From an uncultured virus (IMG/VR IMGVR_UViG_3300009161_000038) (lineage: Duplodnaviria > Heunggongvirae > Uroviricota > Caudoviricetes): a stretch of DNA of 64,000 nucleotides. The stretch lies in IMG/VR virus record IMGVR_UViG_3300009161_000038; one strand, given 5' to 3'. The notes beneath the pieces were generated by a model. The model saw only the letters and a program-made list of their open reading frames with translations, did not search any database and was not told where the DNA came from. Shown piece after piece: positions 55,896 to 64,000 of this stretch (positions within the stretch are counted from its first letter, which is position 1; each line of letters begins with the position of its first letter). Made by a program: the position numbers and the translations under genes.

Positions 55896-57130
55896 ATACC
55901 GAAGCAACACTAATATCCGCAGTGTGTCAAAATAAAGACATTAGCACCCTGCTTGCAGATAACGTAGATGATCTTTTTACGTCACATAGGGATATTTGGG
56001 AAGGCTTAAAGTCTTACTATTATAAGTTTAAGGCTGTGCCAGAGGCTAGTGTTCTTCAGGAAAAGTTTCATGACTTTGACCCAGACATTAATGTAAAGGC
56101 TGAAACTGGATACTACCTAGATAAATTAAAAAATGAATACTTGTCTTCAAAATTAAAAAACATACTTCTTCAATCTGGATCTGCTTTAAAGCAAGATGCT
56201 GCCTCAAGAGTACTTGCAGATATGCAAAGCAAATTGGCAAACCTTTCAAGGTTTACAAATAATGTAAGAGACTTAGACGTTATAGATTTAGACTCTGCAA
56301 CAAGGCACTTCTCTTCAGTAAAAGACAGAGCTTCTGTAATGGGAGGAAGCCCAGGAATATTAACTGGATTCAAAGCAATAGATGCTGCATACCCAACTGG
56401 TATGGCACCAGGACATTTAATTGTTGCTATTGGTTGGCCAGGAAAAGGAAAGACATGGTTTACTTCTTATCTTGCATGTAAAGCCTGGGAGCAAGGATTT
56501 AAGCCAATGATTGTTTCTTTGGAAATGTCTCCAGAAAATATGCGTGATCGTATTTATACAATGCTTGGGTCTGGACTATTTAAAGCTAGCGATCTTTCTC
56601 GAGGAGATATTAATATTGATGATTTTAAATCTTGGGGTACTAAAAGATTTGAAGGAAAGAATAGTTTTGTTTTAGTTTCTAATGAAGGAAATACAGAAGT
56701 AACTCCAGCGACTGTTCAAGGAAAGATAGATCAACACAAGCCAGATTTAGTTATTTTAGACTATCATCAATTGTTTAATGATAATAAGAGAAGTCATTCT
56801 GAGGTAGAAAGAAACAGAAATATTTCTAGAGAGTTTAAATTACTTGCAGTTTCAAACAACATCCCAGTTATAGATATTACAGCGGCAACAGCCGATGACG
56901 TATCTGATCAAGATGATCCGCCAATGATGAGCCAAGTAGCTTGGTCTAAAGCGATAGAGTATGATGCTGATATGGCAATGGCTATCCACAAACATCCTGG
57001 AACAAATTTAATTGAAATTGTTTCTAGAAAGAATAGACACGGACACGAGTTTGCTTTCCACTTAGACTGGGATATCAATAGAGGAATAATTAAAGAATTA
57101 TATGATTATGCACCAGCACAAAACAATTAA
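55892..57130 (+). CDS. dnaB: Replicative DNA helicase, DnaB family
   Basis: Walker A GWPGKGKT, SLEM, ILDY, AIEYDAD, KNRHG. Confidence 0.92.
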   Translation: MNTEATLISAVCQNKDISTLLADNVDDLFTSHRDIWEGLKSYYYKFKAVPEASVLQEKFHDFDPDINVKAETGYYLDKLKNEYLSSKLKNILLQSGSALKQDAASRVLADMQSKLANLSRFTNNVRDLDVIDLDSATRHFSSVKDRASVMGGSPGILTGFKAIDAAYPTGMAPGHLIVAIGWPGKGKTWFTSYLACKAWEQGFKPMIVSLEMSPENMRDRIYTMLGSGLFKASDLSRGDINIDDFKSWGTKRFEGKNSFVLVSNEGNTEVTPATVQGKIDQHKPDLVILDYHQLFNDNKRSHSEVERNRNISREFKLLAVSNNIPVIDITAATADDVSDQDDPPMMSQVAWSKAIEYDADMAMAIHKHPGTNLIEIVSRKNRHGHEFAFHLDWDINRGIIKELYDYAPAQNN

Positions 57131-57401
57131 AAAATTTCAAATTGAAGTTTTTTTCAAAGAAGATTCTGATATGATTCGTATAAAAAATCAATACGAAAAT
57201 ATTTTGACTCATGATATGAGATCAAAAGGATATGCCAGGGTACTTGACATAGACACAGCATTTTCGGTAGAATTTACAGGTGAAACATGGAAGTTCTTAA
57301 TGACCTTACATGGTATATACGTAGGAAGGAGGAAGGCATGGGAATCGTCAGGGATAACGCAAGGAAAAGTAATTCCACGCAGTATGCACCAAACCATATA
57401 A
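57102..57401 (+). CDS. Hypothetical protein
   Basis: Fills the gap between helicase and primase. Confidence 0.65.
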   Translation: MIMHQHKTIKKFQIEVFFKEDSDMIRIKNQYENILTHDMRSKGYARVLDIDTAFSVEFTGETWKFLMTLHGIYVGRRKAWESSGITQGKVIPRSMHQTI

Positions 57402-58336
57402 AGTCTGTTGTTAAAGAAATTGGACTAAGGATAATTAGTGAGTCTAATCATAATTTAGTTTTGTATTGTCCATTTCATAACAATACTCATACGCCTTGCT
57501 TTTATATTAGTGAAGAAAATGGAGCATGGATATGCTTCAACCCAGCATGTGCGGAATCTGGAAACATTATTCAGCTAGTTAAAAGAATTTGTAATAAAAA
57601 TGATTTTGAAGCTATACGATTGGTTTCAAACAAAGAGAGTGAGTCCTTAGATAATTTTGATATTCTTTTAAGCCAAGCCTTAGAAGATAAGCCAGAGTTT
57701 GTTGAGTTTAATTCCAAGAAATTAGATGAGCTTTATTTGGGACTAACTCTTAGTAAAGAAGCAAGAGATTATTTTGAGACAAGAGGGATAAATTCAGAGT
57801 CTATGAATTATTTTAGACTGGGTTACTCTGAATCTCAAAACATGGTAGTTGTTCCAGTGCACAGCCCAGACGGACTCCCAGTAGGAATAGTTGGAAGATC
57901 TATAGTTGAGAAAAAATTTAAAAATAGCACCAACCTTCCTAAGAATCAAACATTGTTTAATATACACAGGGCAAAGAAAATTGGTAGCCACGTAATCATT
58001 GTTGAATCTAGTTTTGATGCTATCAGGGTACATCAGGCTGGATTCCCCAATGTTGTTGCCACTCTGGGAGGGCACTTATCAAGCAACAATCTTAATTTGT
58101 TAAATAGATACTTTACAAAAATTACTATAATGACAGACGCAGATTCAGCTGGTAGGGAACTTGGATTATCTATTTCCTCTAGCCTAAGAAATAAAGATAT
58201 TCTTTGGGCTTCTTGTGAATATGGTAAAGTTTATCAAAATAATGCAAAAGACGCAGGAGATTTATCAGAAAAAGAAATTAAGGAATGCATAATAAATTCA
58301 GTGTCCGATGTGGAATACAAATCCTGGACATTATGA
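57338..58336 (+). CDS. dnaG: DNA primase (zinc-binding domain + TOPRIM)
   Basis: CPFH...CFNPAC, IVESSFDA, MTDAD.AG, KDAGD; AGGAGG before ATG 57338. Confidence 0.9.
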   Translation: MGIVRDNARKSNSTQYAPNHIKSVVKEIGLRIISESNHNLVLYCPFHNNTHTPCFYISEENGAWICFNPACAESGNIIQLVKRICNKNDFEAIRLVSNKESESLDNFDILLSQALEDKPEFVEFNSKKLDELYLGLTLSKEARDYFETRGINSESMNYFRLGYSESQNMVVVPVHSPDGLPVGIVGRSIVEKKFKNSTNLPKNQTLFNIHRAKKIGSHVIIVESSFDAIRVHQAGFPNVVATLGGHLSSNNLNLLNRYFTKITIMTDADSAGRELGLSISSSLRNKDILWASCEYGKVYQNNAKDAGDLSEKEIKECIINSVSDVEYKSWTL

Positions 58337-58387
58337 TACAATGGTAAAACAGATGGATCTATACCATCAACTACAAAAGGAGAAGAA

Positions 58388-59056
58388 ATGAGCATAGTAA
58401 AAGGTCTAAAAGACCTAAATAAAGCACTAGACAAGCCTGCATATTCAGGCGGAGAAGAAAATAAAGGTCGTTGGTTAAAAATTGAAGATGGAGAAAGCGT
58501 TAAGATTAGATTTCTTCAAGAGTTGGATGCAGATTCACCCAACTACAATGACAAACTCGGATGTGGATTTATTGCCTTAGAGCATACCAATCCAAAAGAT
58601 TATCGAAGAAAAGCTCTAGACACCATGGAGTCAGAAGGACGCGACTGGGCGCAAGAACAGCATCGCAAAGATCCAAAGGCTGGATGGAAAGCTAGAACCC
58701 GTATTTATATCAATGTATTAGTTGATGACGGAAAGAATGATCCATATGTTGCAATATTGTCTCAGGGAACAAGTGGAAAAACAATTACTCCTACATTAAT
58801 CGAATACGCTGGTGAAATGGGAAGTATTACAAATTTAAATTGGCGAATTAAAAGAAACGGTAGCAAGACAGACACAAGCTACACAATTATTCCTTTGGCC
58901 AAAGATGAAACACCTTTTGATTTTTCAAAATTAGAACTATTTGATCTTGAAAAAACTGCTGTAAGGAATGTTCCATACGCAGAACAAGAGTCTTTCTACA
59001 TGGGAGAGTCCTCACAAGAACTAGCAGTTGCCTCAACTGGTAGCGTAGAGTGGTAA
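58388..59056 (+). CDS. Single-stranded DNA-binding protein (gp32-like, putative)
   Basis: WLKIEDGESVKIRFL, WRIKRNG..TDTSY, acidic C-terminus; position in the replication module. Confidence 0.65.
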   Translation: MSIVKGLKDLNKALDKPAYSGGEENKGRWLKIEDGESVKIRFLQELDADSPNYNDKLGCGFIALEHTNPKDYRRKALDTMESEGRDWAQEQHRKDPKAGWKARTRIYINVLVDDGKNDPYVAILSQGTSGKTITPTLIEYAGEMGSITNLNWRIKRNGSKTDTSYTIIPLAKDETPFDFSKLELFDLEKTAVRNVPYAEQESFYMGESSQELAVASTGSVEW

Positions 59057-59065
59057 ATTAAATAT

Positions 59066-59100
59066 GCTGGGGGTGGCTCTTGCCACCCTCAGTTTTATTT
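59066..59100 (+). terminator. Intrinsic terminator after SSB
   Basis: GCTGGGGGTGGC-TCTT-GCCACCCTCAGT followed by TTTATTT. Confidence 0.85.
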
Positions 59101-59114
59101 AGTAAAATATAATT

Positions 59115-59321
59115 ATGACTACATACGATATACCAGATCCATTTCAAGAATTTGTGTATAATAAATATAAAAATTATGTAGGAGCACTGTACAACTTTTT
59201 TGCCAGAGAGTGGCATGTAAAGTGTGGCTGCTGCAAGAAAGATATATACGCACCAACTAAAAAAACATTAACTAGTACCAGGCTGTATCACACCAGAAAC
59301 GAATGTCAAGGCGGTTATTAA
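59115..59321 (+). CDS. Small Cys/His-containing protein
   Basis: CGCC...H...C; TAAAAT ends 6 nt before the ATG. Confidence 0.65.
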   Translation: MTTYDIPDPFQEFVYNKYKNYVGALYNFFAREWHVKCGCCKKDIYAPTKKTLTSTRLYHTRNECQGGY

Positions 59322-62300
59322 TGAGTTTTACACATCTACACGTTCATTCATATTATTCTTTAATGGACGGGCTTAATTCTCCAAAAGAGTTATGCCAAGC
59401 AGCAATAGACGCTGGCCAAACATCTATAGCAATTACAGATCATGGAACATTGTCATCTCACAGAGAAATGCAAATTGCTGCAAAAGAATTAGGCATTAAG
59501 CCAATTCTTGGAGTAGAGGCTTACATATCCCCAACAGATAGATTTGATAGATCGTCTGCAACAGACAAAAGCATACAGGCGTACAACCACATTATCCTGC
59601 TGGCTAAAAATAAAAACGGATTAAAGAATATTAACTCATTACAAGAGATAGCTTGGAATGAAGGGTTTTACCATAAGCCTAGAATTGATATGGAGATACT
59701 AAAAGAATATGCAAAAGATATTATTGTTCTTTCTGGATGCCTTAATGGACTTATTAGTAAGTGCATTGAAAAAGAAGAGTTTGAGGAAGCGGAAGATATA
59801 CTTAAAGATTTTAAGAAAAATTTTGGCGAAGATTTTTACATTGAGGTACAATCTCACAATCCAAAAGAAATAAATAGCAAGTTGCTAGAATTAGCAGACA
59901 AGCTAGGAATTAAGCCAGTAGCGACTGGAGATGCCCATTACGCAAAAGGCGAAGATAAGACTTTAGAAGAAGCAATGCTTATTCTATCTACATCTCCTAA
60001 ATCAGATAAAGAATCAGACTTTGAGGTTTCTAGGGGGATGGGAGATGTCTTAGACAGACTTAATTATCTATACCCAGACAGAAGAATATCATTCCAAGAC
60101 TATAATTTATTTATTCAGACTAGAGAAGAAATTGAATCCGACTTTAACAAATGTGATATTAAACGAGTAGACATTTATGAAAATACTATGGAGATAGCGG
60201 AAAAAATTGGAGAATACGATTTTAACAGGGGTTTAGACCTACTCCCTATCCCAAAGACCAATGCCGACCAAAAGCTGTCTGATATGGCCTTTGAGGGCCT
60301 AGAAAGGCTACGCCTAAGAGAGAGCTGGCTAGGAAATGACGTATATGACCAAAGGCTTATAGAAGAGCTTGAGATTATTAAGGATAAAAATTTTGCCTCT
60401 TATTTCTTAGTTGTCGCAGATATGATTAATTGGGCTAAAGAAAATGAAATAATGGTTGGTCCAGGACGTGGTTCAGCAGCAGGATCATTAGTTTGCTATG
60501 CCTTGGGAATTACAGATGTAGACCCAATTGAGTACGACCTTTTGTTCTTTAGATTTATTAACCCAGACCGTAACGATTTTCCAGATATTGATACTGATTT
60601 TGAAGATCGTCGACGTAAAGAAGTAAAAGATTATCTTAAAAAGAAATTTAAACACGTTGCGTCAATATCAACTTTTACTTATTTTAAAGACAAGGGAGTT
60701 GTAAGAGATGCTGCTCGTGTATTTATGGTTCCCCTGTCTGATGTAAATAGGGCGATGAAGCAAGTTGATACATTTGAAGACTTTATGGATTCGCCTAACA
60801 CAAAAGAATTTAGAATGAAGTACCCAGAAGTTTTATGGCTTGCAGAAAAGTTACGTGGAAAAATTAGAAGTGTTGGTGTTCACGCTGCTGGAGTAGTCGT
60901 GGCAAAAGAAGATTTAAGAAATTTTGCGCCCATAGAATCTAGAGAAGATCCTCAAGATAAAGTTTCAGGAAGAATTCCAGTCGTTGCATACGACATGGAC
61001 ACGGTTGCTGATATTGGATTAATTAAAGTAGATGCTCTTGGTTTAAAAACTCTTTCTGTTATTTCTGATACTATCAAAGCAATTAAAGAAAGATCTGGCA
61101 AAGAAATCAATTTGTCTCAATTAGATTTTAAAGACCCAAAGGTTTATAAAAATTTAAGCGAAGGTTATACTAAGGGAGTGTTTCAAGCAGAAGCAGTACC
61201 TTACACAAACTTGTTAATAAAAATGGGAGTAGATAAATTTGAAGACTTGGCTGCCTCTAACGCTTTAGTAAGACCAGGAGCCATGAATACCGTAGGAGTT
61301 TCTTACGTAGCAAGAAAACGTGGGCAAGAGCCTACGCAATATGTTCATGAGATAATGCGTCCTTTTACAGAAAACACATACGGAGTTATTATATATCAAG
61401 AACAGGTTATGCAAGCATGCGTCTATCTAGGCGGAATGTCTTGGTCAGAAGCTGACAAAATTAGAAAGGTTATTGGTAAAAAAAGAGATGCAACAGAACT
61501 TGACGAATTCAAAGATAAATTTATTAATGGGGCTTCAAAACACATTTCTCAGAAAAAGGCCCAGTCCCTTTGGAGTGATTTCGAGGCTCATGCTGGCTAC
61601 TCTTTTAATCGTTCTCATGCTGTCTCTTATTCCATGCTTACTTATTATACGGCTTGGCTTAAAACTTATTACCCTCTTGAGTTTATGTTTTCGGTTCTTA
61701 AAAACGAAAATGATAAAGATGCTAAAACTGGCTATCTTATTGAAGCGAAAAGATTAAACCTTAAGATACTTCTTCCAGACATAAATAATTCAAATGTTTA
61801 TTTTTCATTAAAAGAAGATGCAATGCAATTTGGATTAGCAGATATAAAATTTATATCTGACAGTATTGCTAACAAAATTATAGAGAGAAGGCCTTATGCC
61901 GATTATTCCGATTTCATTCAAAAAGCCTCTGCGAAAGGTAGCGGGATTAATAGTAGGGCTGTATCTGCTCTTAATGCTATTGGCGGTGCTTCTTTTGAGG
62001 ACAATCCCAGAACTGGTAAGGAAAAAGAAAACTACTACGAATACCTAAGCATTCCTACCTTTACAGTAGACTTGCCACCAAGAATTAAATCACAGGCAAG
62101 ACCAATTTCAGAATTTGAAGACCTAGGATCTTTCCCTTTGTTTGGAATGGTTAAGAGCATTAAGAGGGGAACGGGTTGGTCAAGAATTGAAATTGTAGAC
62201 GAGACTGGCACCGTAGGTTTATTCCATACAGAGCAAACTCAAATTGAAACTGGACAGATGTATTTTATACTAGTTGGAGATAATAGAATTGCAAGGTATA

Positions 62301-62599
62301 TTAAGGTTTCTGAAATAGACCCAAATGGAACAGATCTGTTTGTCGATTATTTATATAGAAAAGAATATGACATGCAAGAAGATGAGCAAATGGTAGTTAA
62401 TTTTAGTCCATACAAAACTAAAGCTGGAAAAACTATGGCGCATATTGTCATGACAGACAAGAATAAGAATTTAACTAGAGCAATTGCATTTCCAACAATG
62501 TATTCAAAAGTTTTAGGTAAAATGCGTGAAGGAATGAAAAGTAAGCCAGTTCTATCAAAACTAGATGATGGAACTTTAATGATAAAGGAGATAAAATGA
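59321..62599 (+). CDS. dnaE: DNA polymerase III alpha subunit
   Basis: PHP motifs HLHVHSYYSLMDG and TDHG; GRGSAAGS, PDIDTD, HAAG, YSFNRSH. Start at ATG 59321. Confidence 0.96.
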   Translation: MSFTHLHVHSYYSLMDGLNSPKELCQAAIDAGQTSIAITDHGTLSSHREMQIAAKELGIKPILGVEAYISPTDRFDRSSATDKSIQAYNHIILLAKNKNGLKNINSLQEIAWNEGFYHKPRIDMEILKEYAKDIIVLSGCLNGLISKCIEKEEFEEAEDILKDFKKNFGEDFYIEVQSHNPKEINSKLLELADKLGIKPVATGDAHYAKGEDKTLEEAMLILSTSPKSDKESDFEVSRGMGDVLDRLNYLYPDRRISFQDYNLFIQTREEIESDFNKCDIKRVDIYENTMEIAEKIGEYDFNRGLDLLPIPKTNADQKLSDMAFEGLERLRLRESWLGNDVYDQRLIEELEIIKDKNFASYFLVVADMINWAKENEIMVGPGRGSAAGSLVCYALGITDVDPIEYDLLFFRFINPDRNDFPDIDTDFEDRRRKEVKDYLKKKFKHVASISTFTYFKDKGVVRDAARVFMVPLSDVNRAMKQVDTFEDFMDSPNTKEFRMKYPEVLWLAEKLRGKIRSVGVHAAGVVVAKEDLRNFAPIESREDPQDKVSGRIPVVAYDMDTVADIGLIKVDALGLKTLSVISDTIKAIKERSGKEINLSQLDFKDPKVYKNLSEGYTKGVFQAEAVPYTNLLIKMGVDKFEDLAASNALVRPGAMNTVGVSYVARKRGQEPTQYVHEIMRPFTENTYGVIIYQEQVMQACVYLGGMSWSEADKIRKVIGKKRDATELDEFKDKFINGASKHISQKKAQSLWSDFEAHAGYSFNRSHAVSYSMLTYYTAWLKTYYPLEFMFSVLKNENDKDAKTGYLIEAKRLNLKILLPDINNSNVYFSLKEDAMQFGLADIKFISDSIANKIIERRPYADYSDFIQKASAKGSGINSRAVSALNAIGGASFEDNPRTGKEKENYYEYLSIPTFTVDLPPRIKSQARPISEFEDLGSFPLFGMVKSIKRGTGWSRIEIVDETGTVGLFHTEQTQIETGQMYFILVGDNRIARYIKVSEIDPNGTDLFVDYLYRKEYDMQEDEQMVVNFSPYKTKAGKTMAHIVMTDKNKNLTRAIAFPTMYSKVLGKMREGMKSKPVLSKLDDGTLMIKEIK

Positions 62600-62826
62600 C
62601 AGACAGCGCCTCAGAGATATTTAAAGCAATGAGTTCTTCAAAGATACTTGTAGCAATATTAAAAACTCAAAAAGAGGTTTTAGTCCCTATTGATATATTT
62701 TTTGGATTAGGGGATGAAGAGAATTTAAAGGTAGAGTTTGATGATGTTTCAAGAAATTTTGTATTTAAGTTGTCGGAAAATTCTGGCGAAAAAAATGCTA
62801 TAATGGACGAAACAAAGAAAGAATAA
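62596..62826 (+). CDS. Hypothetical protein
   Basis: ATGA-coupled to dnaE; AAGGAG RBS. Confidence 0.7.
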   Translation: MTDSASEIFKAMSSSKILVAILKTQKEVLVPIDIFFGLGDEENLKVEFDDVSRNFVFKLSENSGEKNAIMDETKKE

Positions 62827-62828
62827 AA

Positions 62829-63833
62829 ATGACAATTTTAATGGAAGAGATTTTAGCAAAGCTGGATTCAAAAACAAGAGATAGAGTTCAGTCTGCAGTA
62901 GATGTTAAAATCATAAAACAAAAAACTCCAAGCATTGGTTTAAACTTAGCACTCAACGGTGGACTTGGACATGGAAGACAGGCCTTGGTATGGGGAAATA
63001 AGTCTTCTGGTAAATCTTCCTTTTGTTTGCAAATGATTGCTCTTGCTCAAAAAGAAGGAAAAACTTGCGCTTGGATTGACGCAGAGCATTCTTACTCTCC
63101 AGAGTGGGCAGAAAAATTAGGTGTTGACTCATCAAAACTAATATACTCACCAGCTAAAACTATTAATGACATGGTAGACGTTGCAACAAAACTTATGTCT
63201 GCAGATATAGATATTATTGTAGTTGATTCAATATCAGCTTTGTTGCCTGCAATATATTTTGAAAAAGATGGCGACGAGTTAAAAGATTTACAAGATACAA
63301 AACAGATAGGCGCAGAAGCAAAGGATATGACCCACGCAGTCAAAATGTTAAACTATGCAAACAAAAACACATTATTGGTTCTCATTTCACAGCAAAGAAA
63401 CCAGTTTGGATCTATGCACGCCTCCCATATTCCAACAGGGGGAATGGCGGTCAAGTTCTTTTCTTCTACGGTCATTAAACTTTGGTCCTCAGAAGCTGAG
63501 GCTAATGCTATCAAGGCAGGTGTTAAAGTTGGCGATAAAATTATTGAACAGAGAGTTGGAAGGCCAGTCAATTGGATTGTCGATTACAACAAACTCGGCC
63601 CCCCTAATTTATCAGGACAGTACGACTTCTATTACCAAGGAGATCATTTAGGGGTTGACGATATTGGAGAAACTTTAGACGTAGCAGAAATGTGCGGATT
63701 AGTTGAAAAAGGTGGCGCTTGGTACACAGTTAACTCAGAAAGATTGCAGGGTAGAGCTAAAGCCGTACAGTATCTAAAGGATAATCCAAAGGTTGTTGAA
63801 AAACTTAAGAAAGATATAGATGCTAAGATTTAA
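62829..63833 (+). CDS. recA: RecA/UvsX-like recombinase
   Basis: Walker A GNKSSGKS, WIDAEH, VVDS, TGGMAVKF, KGGAWY, QGR. Confidence 0.93.
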   Translation: MTILMEEILAKLDSKTRDRVQSAVDVKIIKQKTPSIGLNLALNGGLGHGRQALVWGNKSSGKSSFCLQMIALAQKEGKTCAWIDAEHSYSPEWAEKLGVDSSKLIYSPAKTINDMVDVATKLMSADIDIIVVDSISALLPAIYFEKDGDELKDLQDTKQIGAEAKDMTHAVKMLNYANKNTLLVLISQQRNQFGSMHASHIPTGGMAVKFFSSTVIKLWSSEAEANAIKAGVKVGDKIIEQRVGRPVNWIVDYNKLGPPNLSGQYDFYYQGDHLGVDDIGETLDVAEMCGLVEKGGAWYTVNSERLQGRAKAVQYLKDNPKVVEKLKKDIDAKI

Positions 63834-64000
63834 TGACATTGAAAATGTAAAGGCATATAAGTTAATAGATGGAGCAATCCTGTACCAAAATGTTTTAAAA
63901 AATACTGAAGAAATATTGTCATTTTTTAAAGAAGCAGAATTATACAAAGAAGATAAATACCTTATGAAAAAATTTGAGATCTGGGGAAATCATGGAACAA
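63820..64000 (+). CDS. Partial CDS running off the window end (possible oxygenase N-terminus)
   Basis: Open frame MLRFNDIENVKAYKLIDGAILYQNVLKNTEEIL...; weak resemblance to the N-terminus of 23373..24026. Confidence 0.5.
   Translation, partial: MLRFNDIENVKAYKLIDGAILYQNVLKNTEEILSFFKEAELYKEDKYLMKKFEIWGNHGT

Noticed and set aside
59321..62599. Inteins or introns in dnaE (also checked nrdJ, dnaB, recA)
   Set aside because: Lengths are normal and motifs contiguous; no Hint or homing-endonuclease signatures.

Overview
This is a 64 kb segment of a large, AT-rich tailed dsDNA phage (siphovirus-type tail). Gene content and order resemble the large Streptomyces BE/BK-like phages and their freshwater actinobacterial relatives (inference). 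Frequent leaderless promoters and GACAC/CRP-type motifs also point to an actinobacterial host. Layout: (i) 1-1260, minus-strand run of tiny ORFs with repeated promoter modules; (ii) 1.3-9.2 kb, accessory genes (candidate ncRNA, DUF6065-like protein, sulfotransferase-like protein, intact-looking cytochrome P450, lytic transglycosylase, class II ribonucleotide reductase); (iii) 9.4-16 kb, holin and fibre-like virion proteins; (iv) 16.0-24.7 kb, the most unusual block: an FN3 protein with a (PFGFT)5 repeat fused to an atypical Hint domain (Ser...TxxH...His-Asp/Ser), followed by ten genes, most resembling modifying enzymes (GNAT-like, DUF6065-like, 2OG-Fe(II) oxygenases including two prolyl-hydroxylase types, glycosyltransferase-like, SDR); (v) 24.7-53.7 kb, portal, protease/scaffold, capsid, neck, tail tube, -1 frameshifted tail chaperones, 2090-aa tape measure, tail tip and fibres; (vi) 53.8-64 kb, replication module (phosphoesterase, DnaB, primase, SSB, DnaE, RecA). 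I recognised no tRNA, rRNA, CRISPR array, integrase or terminase. All functional calls come from motifs read by eye; no database searches were run.
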